Below, piece after piece: positions 47,011 through 57,158 of a stretch of 64,000 bases of DNA. The stretch's first letter is position 1. Every line of letters begins with the position of its first letter. This DNA comes from a virus. Location of the stretch: positions 1-64,000 of IMG/VR virus record IMGVR_UViG_3300017963_007659; one strand, given 5' to 3'. The notes beneath the pieces are model-generated. The model saw only the letters and a program-made list of their open reading frames with translations. It had not been told where the DNA came from and did not search any database. A program made the translations under genes and the position numbers.

Positions 47011-50000
47011 ATGGCAGGTGGTGGACAACTAGGGCATTTCATAGGTTCATTTGCGAACCATACTGAGGCTACCAACTCATTATCTGGGCAAACGGAGGCG
47101 TATGGTCTCATCTATTATAACACCACAAACAGTGCCTTGTATGTTTTAGGCGCTAGTGGTGGGTGGGCTCCTATGGAGAGCCCTTGGGCTCAAGATTCTG
47201 GCTTCATCTATCTTAATACAACGACAGATGATGTAGTTATTGGTGCCTCGTCTCAAGACCCTGATGGTCAGCGCTTTTATATTGAGGACACCTCCTCTCT
47301 TCTCACCTATACGAGCGCTATCAAACTGAAGCATAACAGCGCTGGGAATAAAGCCGGATGGATGGGGCTAAATGTAGAGTCGTACTATGATGGAACAGGA
47401 GGAGGAGGAGATGATTACGTCATTCAATCGAAAGCGGGCTTGCATCCGACCGCTGCTGCTAACTATTCCAGTGTACGCTGCCTCACTGCCGACTGCAATG
47501 TTGGAGCAAATGCTACATTAACCACCTATTATGGCCTTCATATCCCTGGCAATACAATAAGTGGAACCCTCACTACAGGATATGGAATCTTCCTTGGAGA
47601 TGTAGGCGCGTCTACCAGTTGGGGGCTATACCAACAATCCGCGACAGATAACAACTACCTTGCCGGTCCTGTTGGTCTCAACACGACAACTATCGACGGT
47701 GCTGCGCGACTTGACATCGTAGACACGGACGAGACAGCATCTACGTGGGGTGCTCGTATCCGTTTGGATAAGGACGGAGCTGGAACAAAGTCGGTCTTCC
47801 GAGGTGTGGAAGTTCAAATAGACCACGGAGCTTCGGAAGATGCAGGAACCTATATCGGCTACGATAGCGATATCAACTTCGTTGGTGGAGGCACGGAGAC
47901 ACTGACGACAGGATACGGCTTGCGGAGCAGTATGGCTGTGAACACAGCCGGTGACATCGTACAGGATTATCGTGGCATATACCTCGCGGCATCAGGAGGT
48001 TCCGGAGAAATTACAACCTCTCATGGCATCTATATCGACACTCAGGACCTAAACTCCACCTCGTCTTACGGAATTTACCAAGTCTCTTCCTCTGACGGAA
48101 ACTACTTTGGCGGAAACTTCGGGTTGAGTACTCCACCTACAACCGATACTAAAATTGGTATGGTAGACACGGACGAGACGGCTGCTACATACGGAATTCG
48201 CATTTTACTGGACAAGGATGGGGCGGGGAAGAAGACATCCTGGGTCGGGGTAGAATCAGGAGTTGACCACTCCGGAGCAGCAGCAGGTGGAAACTATTAC
48301 GGTTTCGAGTCTGACCTCGATTTTATTCCTGGAGCAGCACAAACTCTAGACCTCGGTGTCGGATTCCGCAGTCTCCTTAGTACTGGAGCAACTGACACAG
48401 TCACGCAGTATATGGGTCTATTTGTGGAGGAGCCCACAGGAACAGGAACAATTACAACGGCTTTTGGTGTACGTATTGGAGACCTAGGAGCCACAACGAG
48501 TTACGGTATTTACCAATCCGGAGCTAGTATGATCAACTTCTTCCAGGGAGTCATGGCGCTAGGCACCACGACAATCTCTGGGAAGAAAGCACTAATCCAC
48601 GTCAAAGATGAAGAAAACATTGGAACTGGACTCAGTGTCAACTTCCAGAAGAGCGGCACAGACCAATCAGAATGGACAGGCATTAGCAGCGGCTGCACCT
48701 ATACCGGCGCTGAAGGGGCAGGATCTTTGGTGGCGTATACTGCTCCACTTCAAGTCAATACAGCAGCAGGGGAAGCTTTCACCCGTCTCGTCGGGTATCG
48801 AACGGAATTCGAGGTTGGAGGAAATGGAGAAACCATCTCTGAAATCATCGACTTCCATGCCGCCTATAGCGAAATAGATGGTACCATCACATCTTACTAT
48901 GGCTTGAAGGTTGAGGATCCTTCGCCTCTAACAACCATCACGAATAGCTACGGTGTGCATATCGAGAGCATGAGTGGCACGACGACGAGCTATGGAATCT
49001 ATCAAGATGGTACTTCAGATGACAACTACTTCGCTGGAGACATCGGACTTGCTGTAGCGAGTCCTTCTGCGAAGATTGATATTCTTGAAGAGAACTCTCC
49101 TACACATACCTATGGGCTCCGGGAGAGATACAATGTCTCCTCTGGGACAGGTGCTCTCTATTATGGAGCCTACCTTTCGCATGTTTACAACAGTGGCTCT
49201 ACTATCTCTACGACTCAACGCGGTGCGTACATCTACTTCGAGTCGGGAAACGCGAGTACTCAAGTCAACAATGCGAGAGGTGTTTCTGTTCACTTCATAG
49301 CGAATGCTGGGAGCACAATCTCCGATTTCCGCTGCTTCGAGGCTGGTTTAGGTGTTGGAAGCACAGGCACGGTCACCGACGCTTATGGGCTCTATATCAA
49401 CGACATGGGCGAAAACACCACCACCACTACAGCGTATGGGATCTACATCGAAGACCAGACGGGCACGACCAATTATGCGCTCTACTCCGCTGGTACAGCC
49501 GACAGAAGCTTTTTCGCAGGAGACCTTCAAGTAGATGGAAATATTGGAATTGATACGACTCCAACAGCAGGAACTCGTGTCTACATTGAAGAGGACGCCC
49601 TCAGTGGCACAACCAATGGAGTCTATACTTCAGTAGCCCCGGGAGGTGTCACAACGAACAAGCTTCACTATGGCTACCGAAACTACATCCTTCAAGGCAC
49701 AGGAGGCTCTATCACAGACTACACCTCCTACAAGAGTGATATCAACATCACAGGAAATCCAACTGCCTCGTCCTTGAAGATTCTCGATGGCGTCATCACG
49801 TTGAATGGTACGTCCATGTCCGCAACGACAGTGACAGGCATCGACGTGCTTCTTGAAGCTTCTGGTGGAGATGCTACGACCATGTATGGGGTGCGGTCTG
49901 AGATTCAAGTAGAAGATGCCTCGTCTTCAGTGTCTACTGCCTATGCTGGGTACTTCGACATTGACGTCACTTCTGGCTCACTGACCACAGGCTATGGGGT

Positions 50001-50271
50001 CTATATTGCGTCTATTACCGCAGCCTCGAATAACTGGGGCATCTATCAGCTTGGTGCCTCAGATAGCAACTACTTCGCTGGACCAACAGGCTTTGGAACC
50101 TCTTCTATCGACGCGTGTGCCGTTGTAGAATTCAGTTCTACATCAAAGGGAGTGCTTCTTCCTCGCGGGACCTCAGATCCTGCATCTCCTGTAGATGGCT
50201 TGATCTACTACAATACTTCTACTGACAAACTTCGTTTGAGAGCAAATGGTGCTTGGGTCAGCTTGAACTAA
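47011..50271 (+). CDS. long tail fibre with tandem ~145-aa modules
   Basis: Repeated ...YGIYQ....NYFAG.(V/I)G blocks; C-terminal STSKGVLLPR...GLIYYNT..KL typical of phage fibres. Confidence 0.7.
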   Translation: MAGGGQLGHFIGSFANHTEATNSLSGQTEAYGLIYYNTTNSALYVLGASGGWAPMESPWAQDSGFIYLNTTTDDVVIGASSQDPDGQRFYIEDTSSLLTYTSAIKLKHNSAGNKAGWMGLNVESYYDGTGGGGDDYVIQSKAGLHPTAAANYSSVRCLTADCNVGANATLTTYYGLHIPGNTISGTLTTGYGIFLGDVGASTSWGLYQQSATDNNYLAGPVGLNTTTIDGAARLDIVDTDETASTWGARIRLDKDGAGTKSVFRGVEVQIDHGASEDAGTYIGYDSDINFVGGGTETLTTGYGLRSSMAVNTAGDIVQDYRGIYLAASGGSGEITTSHGIYIDTQDLNSTSSYGIYQVSSSDGNYFGGNFGLSTPPTTDTKIGMVDTDETAATYGIRILLDKDGAGKKTSWVGVESGVDHSGAAAGGNYYGFESDLDFIPGAAQTLDLGVGFRSLLSTGATDTVTQYMGLFVEEPTGTGTITTAFGVRIGDLGATTSYGIYQSGASMINFFQGVMALGTTTISGKKALIHVKDEENIGTGLSVNFQKSGTDQSEWTGISSGCTYTGAEGAGSLVAYTAPLQVNTAAGEAFTRLVGYRTEFEVGGNGETISEIIDFHAAYSEIDGTITSYYGLKVEDPSPLTTITNSYGVHIESMSGTTTSYGIYQDGTSDDNYFAGDIGLAVASPSAKIDILEENSPTHTYGLRERYNVSSGTGALYYGAYLSHVYNSGSTISTTQRGAYIYFESGNASTQVNNARGVSVHFIANAGSTISDFRCFEAGLGVGSTGTVTDAYGLYINDMGENTTTTTAYGIYIEDQTGTTNYALYSAGTADRSFFAGDLQVDGNIGIDTTPTAGTRVYIEEDALSGTTNGVYTSVAPGGVTTNKLHYGYRNYILQGTGGSITDYTSYKSDINITGNPTASSLKILDGVITLNGTSMSATTVTGIDVLLEASGGDATTMYGVRSEIQVEDASSSVSTAYAGYFDIDVTSGSLTTGYGVYIASITAASNNWGIYQLGASDSNYFAGPTGFGTSSIDACAVVEFSSTSKGVLLPRGTSDPASPVDGLIYYNTSTDKLRLRANGAWVSLN

Positions 50272-50291
50272 AGTTCAGATAAAGGAAAGTT

Positions 50292-50531
50292 ATGGCACAA
50301 CAAAAAAGTACATGGGTTACCCATGACGGCAAGAAATTCGATTCAGAACAAGATGCAAGCACTTGGGAAAACAATCAGGTCACAGCACTGGAAACCTGGA
50401 TCACGGAGAATCTCTCCGATATTCCAGTAGGGATACGGAACATAGTAGCAAAAGCTCTAGCAGAGAATATTACCAATATCTCTGAGATCATGAGGACAGC
50501 CAACCGAAGCAGTGGGCATACTCACGATTAG
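50292..50531 (+). CDS. hypothetical protein
   Basis: AAGGA RBS; W.T.DGK.F motif. Confidence 0.6.
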   Translation: MAQQKSTWVTHDGKKFDSEQDASTWENNQVTALETWITENLSDIPVGIRNIVAKALAENITNISEIMRTANRSSGHTHD

Positions 50532-50592
50532 GGCTATTTCTTTCAAGATAAACTAGTCAAAGTACATAGCTAGAGAAAAGGAGCTTGATCGT

Positions 50593-50922
50593 ATGAGTGA
50601 TTCTAAAGCCAGAAAGCAACCAGAAGCCCCTAACTACACCTTGTCCCCAGAAGACGCACAGGTCCTCAACGACGTTCTTACACGTCAGCTTCATGTCTCC
50701 GCAGAACACAGTCAGGTACGTTTGCGCTTTCTTGCCCTCACAAAGGAGTACGAGAAAAGTGCAGCCTCCTTGAAGGAACAAGAGGAGCAGCTGACTGAAG
50801 TCCTGAAAGGGCTCAACCATGAGCAGACAACAACCTTGAAGCAGTTGGCTGCCCGCATGCAGGTCCCCGAGGGATACCATCTGAACATTGACACCATGAC
50901 TTGGGAAGCCCAGCAACAGTAG
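50593..50922 (+). CDS. coiled-coil hypothetical protein
   Basis: AAGGAG RBS; similar layout to 60825..61211. Confidence 0.6.
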   Translation: MSDSKARKQPEAPNYTLSPEDAQVLNDVLTRQLHVSAEHSQVRLRFLALTKEYEKSAASLKEQEEQLTEVLKGLNHEQTTTLKQLAARMQVPEGYHLNIDTMTWEAQQQ

Positions 50923-50950
50923 CCCTACCCTCTACCTACCGACGGGGAAC

Positions 50951-50958
50951 GGTTATCT
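50951..50958 (+). promoter_or_regulatory. candidate late promoter element GGTTATCT
   Basis: After a C/T-rich tract, 10 bp upstream of ATG 50968. Confidence 0.5.
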
Positions 50959-50967
50959 GAAAGTGTA

Positions 50968-51825
50968 ATGATTCCCCAAACCAATACACCAGAACGCCTT
51001 CAGAAAGTGGCTCTCCTTCTCGCAGAGGAAGGCTATCATGAAGAAGCTGCTGAAATTCTCGCACTTAGAATGCCTCTTCGCGGTCGAGATCCACTAGAGC
51101 TACTCAAGTCGAAGTTCAAGTACTGGACGCAACAACGAAAGCGCCGGCAGTATCTAGACAATCTATGGCCAGCTTTCGAGACCGTCTACAATAGGATTGA
51201 AGCAGTACCCCTTCGTACAAAAATCCCCGGATTCTATGTAGACGACCCTAACGCGTTATACAAAGAGCTGAAGTCAATGCCAAAGAGGTGGCGCGAGCTT
51301 CCAGCCGGGGGTGCTCGACGTCTTTTCGTCACGAAGAAACGTCAGATGGACACCAAGGGGCTCTATCCCCGGGGAGACCTCGTCTTGGCTCTCCTCCTGG
51401 AGAGGAAGTTCGCTTGGATTTTCTTCGCTCATAGAGCAGCCCTAACGGCTCTCAAAAACCCGAAGCTCAAGGCTAAGGCCAAGAACCTAACGAACCTCTT
51501 CGTCATTCCTGGACGTACTGAGTTCACACAGGAGGGGGAGAGCAACTACATCTGGCACGCTGGAGACGGAGCGTCTCCCTACCATACCGTAGTCTCTCTT
51601 AAAGAGAAGACGCCTGGCTACAAGTATCACCTCGAACTGGACATGGACATCGACGACTTCATTCGTTGGTACGACTACCAGTATTCGAGGGGACGTGTTG
51701 GAGACGTTCAGATTTATGGGACCTCACAGCTCCACGAAGACGACCGAAACAAGCTTGAACTGTGGCTCAAGAAGAATGGCGTCCACTATATGATGCGTCC
51801 GGATACACAGCGAGTGGACGGTTAG
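50968..51825 (+). CDS. leader-family protein, homolog of 7115/8956/10180 N-terminal domain
   Basis: KVALLLAEEGYHEEAAEILA leader; KRWRELPAGGARRLFVTKK...DLVL segment. Confidence 0.65.
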   Translation: MIPQTNTPERLQKVALLLAEEGYHEEAAEILALRMPLRGRDPLELLKSKFKYWTQQRKRRQYLDNLWPAFETVYNRIEAVPLRTKIPGFYVDDPNALYKELKSMPKRWRELPAGGARRLFVTKKRQMDTKGLYPRGDLVLALLLERKFAWIFFAHRAALTALKNPKLKAKAKNLTNLFVIPGRTEFTQEGESNYIWHAGDGASPYHTVVSLKEKTPGYKYHLELDMDIDDFIRWYDYQYSRGRVGDVQIYGTSQLHEDDRNKLELWLKKNGVHYMMRPDTQRVDG

Positions 51826-51864
51826 CTTATAGAGAGCCTAGACCATTGACAAAAGAGTGAGATC

Positions 51865-53382
51865 ATGGGCGATATCCAATTTGAGCACTTCAAGCGAACC
51901 CTTCAAGACGCCATCGCAGATGTCGACTTCGTTCGTAAGAATACGGTTTTCCAAGACACCACCTTCGCAACGCAGGTCTCGGAACGTATCACAAGTCTGA
52001 CGATGGATCAGAACGTCAAGGAGGATTGGCGCATTGAGTCAAACCAAGGTCTCCTGGATGCTGACATCCCGAACCGACGCCTTGCGTTCGACCCCAAGGG
52101 CTTCTCCATCGCGCTGAGTCGCTTCCGAGAGGGCACTGTAGACGAACCGGGACCAATCTGGCGTCGACCAGACCCTGTGACGGACGACATCTACTACCTT
52201 CTGTCAGACTTGAATCGTGGCGTCCTGATGCTTGGGCAGAATCTTGAAGTCATTCGCCTTTTCCCTGGCTATGGTCCTGACCTAGCTGGAAACCAAGAGT
52301 ATGAAGAGGTATCGTCAGCCATTGCGTTCACGATTGGCGCGCAAGAGTACGTCGCCATCGCCATGGTTGGGCACCACGTCATCAGTATCTACGAGTATCC
52401 TACAGGAACCTACGTCTCGACTATTGGAACGATCGACACTCCTGGGACACCTGACGGAGGCAACTTACTCGACAGCCCCGTCGACTTGGCATTCAATTCC
52501 GCGACGAACGAGCTTTGGGTTGCCTGTCGTGCTGGACAGCCGGTAGGGGCTACAGCTCCGAATGGTTTCCTAGCCACCTATGACCTGTCTATTCCTGCTG
52601 CGCCTGCTTGGTTGAACATCCCCTCTTACTACGAGACGGACGGCTCCCTACTTCACAGAGAGGTCAATCAGCCCTCTGGTCTTCTCATGGATGCGACTCT
52701 TAATGCTGTATGGGTCTCAAACGGAGGCTCCTCAGAGTTTGGAGCTATCGACAACACAAATGGTGTTCTGGTCAAGTTTTTCGAGGGACGCACTCTCAAC
52801 TATACTCTCTCCGGTCCAGGTTCACTGCGAATTCGAGACCTCGGAGCAGGCACTCGTTGGGTCTACGTCGCGAACACCAACTACGGTACCATCGAAGTCT
52901 TCGATATCATGTCACAGAAGCACCTTCACACCTATGGCTTCCGATCCACGGAGGACACCGCTGTTAGTCAGACGGAGTTCATCTTCGGATCCATCGGACA
53001 AGCTACCGGTGTTCAGCCAGACACCGTGACCATCGATGGTGTGACGACGGAAGTCATCGTCGTCTCTGACGCTCTGAATGGACGTGTCCAGAGAATCAAC
53101 GAAGAAGCCTACGACACCGACAACTACGTGAACTACGAGCCCCGCACCTTCACCGTTCCGCTTCATCTCATCGGTTGGGCAATCAGCGGGGATGTGCCAA
53201 CCGATCTTTGTACTGTCTACTACCGCAAGTCTTTAACGGAAGAATTCAGGGTACTTGACCCTGTGACCCATGTCCCTTACGGAGACTGGTTCCAATTTCG
53301 TCTTGCGGTACATTTAGACCGAGGTCGAGTAGTACGCCCTTGGTATATAAAAGAACTGGTAATTATTGGAGAACAGGTCTAA
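51865..53382 (+). CDS. NHL-repeat/beta-propeller structural protein
   Basis: SPVDLAFN, NQPSGLLMD, SGPGSLRI, VYVANT, IVVSDALNGRVQ repeats. Confidence 0.65.
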   Translation: MGDIQFEHFKRTLQDAIADVDFVRKNTVFQDTTFATQVSERITSLTMDQNVKEDWRIESNQGLLDADIPNRRLAFDPKGFSIALSRFREGTVDEPGPIWRRPDPVTDDIYYLLSDLNRGVLMLGQNLEVIRLFPGYGPDLAGNQEYEEVSSAIAFTIGAQEYVAIAMVGHHVISIYEYPTGTYVSTIGTIDTPGTPDGGNLLDSPVDLAFNSATNELWVACRAGQPVGATAPNGFLATYDLSIPAAPAWLNIPSYYETDGSLLHREVNQPSGLLMDATLNAVWVSNGGSSEFGAIDNTNGVLVKFFEGRTLNYTLSGPGSLRIRDLGAGTRWVYVANTNYGTIEVFDIMSQKHLHTYGFRSTEDTAVSQTEFIFGSIGQATGVQPDTVTIDGVTTEVIVVSDALNGRVQRINEEAYDTDNYVNYEPRTFTVPLHLIGWAISGDVPTDLCTVYYRKSLTEEFRVLDPVTHVPYGDWFQFRLAVHLDRGRVVRPWYIKELVIIGEQV

Positions 53383-53387
53383 GACCG

Positions 53388-53633
53388 ATGGCTCTAGTAC
53401 ACCTCAGACAAGCTACAGTCCAGACCTCTGTGACTGTCAATACCCTTCAAGTTGTGTATGAAACCTATGATGTTCTAACGGATCCCTGCGTATTTGCCCA
53501 AGCTGACCAAACCAAGATTCTCGCCGATGCAGGGCTACCAGAAACACTGTCATGGGACTCATGTACAGTAGTTTCTCACTCCATCGTCGGGCGTACCAAC
53601 AGGTATGTGCTCGACGTTGTTGTGTCGGGTTAA
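53388..53633 (+). CDS. hypothetical protein
   Basis: Start MALVHLRQ at 53388 within track ORF 53340..53633. Confidence 0.5.
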   Translation: MALVHLRQATVQTSVTVNTLQVVYETYDVLTDPCVFAQADQTKILADAGLPETLSWDSCTVVSHSIVGRTNRYVLDVVVSG

Positions 53634-53636
53634 TAA

Positions 53637-54188
53637 ATGGCACCTGATACGCTTCAAGGCGGATTCACCGCTGCTGCTCCAGATTCCTCTCAGTTTGAGG
53701 AAGATGACGACCGCGAAGTCACCGCCATCACAGCTCTAGAAATCGAAACGACCAAGACAAAAGAGACGTTGGCTCGAATGCGGGACTCGAATATCGCACA
53801 TCCAATCGCCTCTGCAGCAGGGAGGATGCCAACACCACCCCCCTCCTCGCTGACACCTGATGGCTCCTGGAACACCAGAGCCATCTACAACAACCATATC
53901 TTTGACATTGGAATGGCCCGAACTCTCTTCAAGGACCAGCCGCTACGCCTTGACCGAGCTATCGAACAGATAGTAAAGAGGATCGATGTTGTAACAAAGG
54001 TTAATATAACATTAATTGAGGGGGAACTCACAATCGTGTCGGACTCTTCTCGGCACCGTTCTTTGGAGGCTCCTGGTTTGGTGGTGGCATTCTCTCGCTA
54101 CACTACTGATTTCAGTACTGTAGAGCTGACGGCTACAAGCGAACGAACACGCCTCCTGATTATTGTCTGGAGAGAAGATGACGTCTAG
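53637..54188 (+). CDS. hypothetical protein
   Basis: ORF in operon. Confidence 0.6.
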   Translation: MAPDTLQGGFTAAAPDSSQFEEDDDREVTAITALEIETTKTKETLARMRDSNIAHPIASAAGRMPTPPPSSLTPDGSWNTRAIYNNHIFDIGMARTLFKDQPLRLDRAIEQIVKRIDVVTKVNITLIEGELTIVSDSSRHRSLEAPGLVVAFSRYTTDFSTVELTATSERTRLLIIVWREDDV

Positions 54189-54807
54189 GTCGCGAAAACG
54201 CGACCAAAAACAGTCTGCTGGCAATAATTTAGGGAATTCCGATATGTCCGATATGGAGAAGTTTGCCCTACTGCTAGAGCAGCGTGACAAAATACAAGCG
54301 GAAGCTCGTAAGGCAAACGAAGCAGCACAACAAGAGGCGCAGAAACGTCTCATTCAGGTTCAGACGGACAGCACGCAGAATCTTGCTGACGTGGCGAACT
54401 CGCTCGCGAAGGTTCATGGGGCGCAGCAAGACGCGCACGACGTTCTAGGAGCTGTTGAGAAAGCTATCGTAGAACATGACAACGCGCTGAGACGCCATAT
54501 TGACGCTATGAAGCAACGAAACAAAGAACAAGACCGCGAGCGAGACAGACTCGAAACAACAGTCGTAGCAGGCTGCACAGGCTGCCAAGATACGCAGAAG
54601 ACAAGCTCTCTGGCAATCATCGAAGTCATGGGGAAGGTCGAAAGCGCGATCAAAGACCAAACCGCAGCGACCAATAAACTTGTAGAGAAGCAGGTCAGTC
54701 TAGGTAAGATTCTGGGCTCCATCATCACGGTATCTGGAGCTTTGGCGGTACTAATCGGGGCTATTCTGGCAATGATTAAGCTCTTCAGCAGCACACCTCC
54801 TTCCTGA
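54178..54807 (+). CDS. coiled-coil protein with C-terminal transmembrane helix (holin/antiholin-like)
   Basis: C-terminal ILGSIITVSGALAVLIGAILAMIKLF; adjacent to holin. Confidence 0.45.
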   Translation: MTSRSRKRDQKQSAGNNLGNSDMSDMEKFALLLEQRDKIQAEARKANEAAQQEAQKRLIQVQTDSTQNLADVANSLAKVHGAQQDAHDVLGAVEKAIVEHDNALRRHIDAMKQRNKEQDRERDRLETTVVAGCTGCQDTQKTSSLAIIEVMGKVESAIKDQTAATNKLVEKQVSLGKILGSIITVSGALAVLIGAILAMIKLFSSTPPS

Positions 54808-54813
54808 TAGACA

Positions 54814-54821
54814 GGTTACCT
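54814..54821 (+). promoter_or_regulatory. candidate late promoter element GGTTACCT
   Basis: 25 bp upstream of ATG 54846. Confidence 0.5.
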
Positions 54822-54845
54822 TTCTGTGAAAAGGAGTCCTGTCAC

Positions 54846-55454
54846 ATGTCTAGAAACTTCCCCAAGATTCTCGGTCTCTTGACCTTCCCGGTCATCTTCC
54901 TGTTCTCCATGGTCGCATTTGGACAGCCTTGTCCAGATGTCGACGTTCAAGTAGTCAATGAAGCCGTTGCGCAGCAAGAATGGTGGATGGTGCTTCTCGA
55001 CGCGCTGCTCCAACTCGTAGCGCCCATCGTCATCGGTGTTTTGGGAACCTTGGCGAGCATCGCGATTCGTAAATGGGGGAAGAAGCTCGACGTAGACACG
55101 CAGGACCGCTTCATCGGTCTCACCCAAAACCTCATCTCTTCCGGCGTAGCTTTCGCGGAAGAGCAGGGACGCAAAGCGCTGAAGGTAGGGGAAGCGCAGA
55201 CAGATGGTGCACGGAAGCTCCAACACGCTGTGGACTACATCCAAGAGCAGCTTGAAGAGTCTCGACTCCCTCAGATGGGAACGGAGAAGCTCGAACGTCT
55301 CATTGAGTCCAGACTCCATGCAGAACGTGCGAATCCAACAGGCTCTGTCCCAAGCGACCCTTCAGACCCAGAAAACGTCTATACTATTGAACTTCCAGTT
55401 GAATCCACCACAGCGGAGACAACACCAGAACCAGAACAAACAGACGAGGAGTAA
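54846..55454 (+). CDS. LL-H family-like phage holin
   Basis: TM helix then SGVAFAEEQ...G.RKLQHAVDYI...L...IES pattern. Confidence 0.6.
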   Translation: MSRNFPKILGLLTFPVIFLFSMVAFGQPCPDVDVQVVNEAVAQQEWWMVLLDALLQLVAPIVIGVLGTLASIAIRKWGKKLDVDTQDRFIGLTQNLISSGVAFAEEQGRKALKVGEAQTDGARKLQHAVDYIQEQLEESRLPQMGTEKLERLIESRLHAERANPTGSVPSDPSDPENVYTIELPVESTTAETTPEPEQTDEE

Positions 55455-55460
55455 TCGTCA

Positions 55461-56024
55461 ATGTCTACAAGAATGACATCAGCCAAGGACGAGCTTCTGC
55501 TTGACCTCACTATGGAAACCGCTACTGTGCTAAGAGAAGTCCGTGAGTCTCTAGAGCAGGAGTATGATGGCAAAGTAGCGTCAGTGAACGCACAGATTCT
55601 TGAAGCGGAAAAGACCGCTGCTTCGTCAGCCATCGAGAAGCTGATCAAGAAGCATCCAGGGGCATGCAAAGTCTTCTCTGGAGGAGGAGGAGGAATAAAG
55701 GGGCTGGCGAAGAAAGCCAAGAAGCTCAAGAATGCCGTCCAGAAGATGGACTCCAAGACGGAGAAAGAACGAAAGACAGCAGGAGCAGTCGTACTGACAA
55801 CCATACTTTTTTTCGCTGGTTATCCCTTAGCGGGGTTTACTGGACCATGGCTCGCGGACGCGAATTGGAAAATCCTCAAGTGGCAAGGCAAGCAAGTCTA
55901 CAAAGCTATGGACTGGCTGCTCAAGAATGCAGAGGATGTGGGCAGTGGGATCAAAGACCTGTGCAAGGATGTCAAACCCGCGCTTCCAGACAAGATGGAG
56001 AAGGTCATGAAAGAGTCCAAGTAG
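55461..56024 (+). CDS. hypothetical protein with one hydrophobic segment
   Basis: ORF; AVVLTTILFFAGYPLAG. Confidence 0.55.
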   Translation: MSTRMTSAKDELLLDLTMETATVLREVRESLEQEYDGKVASVNAQILEAEKTAASSAIEKLIKKHPGACKVFSGGGGGIKGLAKKAKKLKNAVQKMDSKTEKERKTAGAVVLTTILFFAGYPLAGFTGPWLADANWKILKWQGKQVYKAMDWLLKNAEDVGSGIKDLCKDVKPALPDKMEKVMKESK

Positions 56025-56043
56025 GATGCCACTTATTGAGTGT

Positions 56044-56051
56044 GGTTATCT
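56044..56051 (+). promoter_or_regulatory. candidate late promoter element GGTTATCT
   Basis: 23 bp upstream of ATG 56074. Confidence 0.5.
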
Positions 56052-56073
56052 TTGTGTGTAGTGAGATAATGAT

Positions 56074-56394
56074 ATGATAGCCCTACTCATTTGGACGAAG
56101 ATCAAACTTGTTCTAAAGAAGTATTGGATCTTCTTTGTATCCGGACTTCTTGCAGTTCTATCAGTTCTAGCTTGGGTCTTCATGCGCCCCTCAAAGAAAC
56201 CCATCCACATCGTAGTGAAGGATAAACGAGAGGAAACACACCGAAAACTCGCAGAAGCTGAAGCAAAAGCTGCTATCGAGATTGGACGGGCACAGGGTAG
56301 AGAAGAAGCGGTTCAAATAGAGGTTGAGAACATCAGGCAGGAACCGGATAGCCGGAAACGGCGTGAGCGTCTTGCAGCTCTTTTAGCGAGGTAG
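56074..56394 (+). CDS. N-terminal TM + coiled-coil protein (i-spanin-like)
   Basis: YWIFFVSGLLAVLSVLAWVF followed by a charged coiled coil; near holin. Confidence 0.4.
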   Translation: MIALLIWTKIKLVLKKYWIFFVSGLLAVLSVLAWVFMRPSKKPIHIVVKDKREETHRKLAEAEAKAAIEIGRAQGREEAVQIEVENIRQEPDSRKRRERLAALLAR

Positions 56395-56399
56395 TCATC

Positions 56400-56672
56400 A
56401 TGACAGATACACAACGAAGAGACGCAGGACTATGGGAAGACCTTGGAGGTAAGGGGTCTACCTCCGTTGCTGCTCCTGTCAAAGCTCAGCCAAACGGGAA
56501 TGCCGACGACCTAGCTCCTGTGCGCCCCTTTGAGGGCAATGATACCCCCAATCTCATGCGACTCTATCGTGCTCTGATGACAGTGAGTCGACATGGTCCT
56601 TTGACATCGCAACCAGCTCGTCTGCTCGTCAAGCTCATCCAAGAGCTACTGCAACGAGGCGAAAAGATATGA
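56400..56672 (+). CDS. hypothetical protein
   Basis: ORF with GAGG RBS. Confidence 0.55.
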   Translation: MTDTQRRDAGLWEDLGGKGSTSVAAPVKAQPNGNADDLAPVRPFEGNDTPNLMRLYRALMTVSRHGPLTSQPARLLVKLIQELLQRGEKI

Positions 56673-57148
56673 AACTGCTACAGTGGACAACCATCATCGG
56701 GGTCCTCATTCTCCTCCCTACCATCTGTAGGGCAGAAGAGGACACGAGTACTGTCAGTGCATCTCCCTATGAGGAGGCACCGCAGTTCAACCCGATTCCT
56801 CTGGATGAAGGAGAAGCCGCTCCCTTAGATGGGCTACTGATTGACGAGCGTACAGGAATGGAGCTAGCTCTCCTACGAGCGAGCGACCTTCGCCTGAGAA
56901 CGGAACTTGAAGTACGTCTGGACCTTTGGGAAGAGCAGGAGACCATTTACGAAAATGCTCTTGCAAGCCTTCAGAGCCAAGTAGAGACGTTGACGACGGA
57001 GCTGGCAGGGAGAGAGCCTTCGTGGTGGAATCGCTACGGAGGAGTGGTCCTAGGCACCATAGGATTTGTGGTGGGGGCTGCTGTAACGATTCTTGTAGCA
57101 TGGGCTGTAGCTGAAGCAGTTACCCCTGATACTGTAACAGCAGAGTGA
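56669..57148 (+). CDS. exported protein with coiled coil and C-terminal TM (spanin-like)
   Basis: Signal-like N-terminus, heptads, GVVLGTIGFVVGAAVTILVAWAV. Confidence 0.4.
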   Translation: MKLLQWTTIIGVLILLPTICRAEEDTSTVSASPYEEAPQFNPIPLDEGEAAPLDGLLIDERTGMELALLRASDLRLRTELEVRLDLWEEQETIYENALASLQSQVETLTTELAGREPSWWNRYGGVVLGTIGFVVGAAVTILVAWAVAEAVTPDTVTAE

Positions 57149-57158
57149 AGGACCACTA

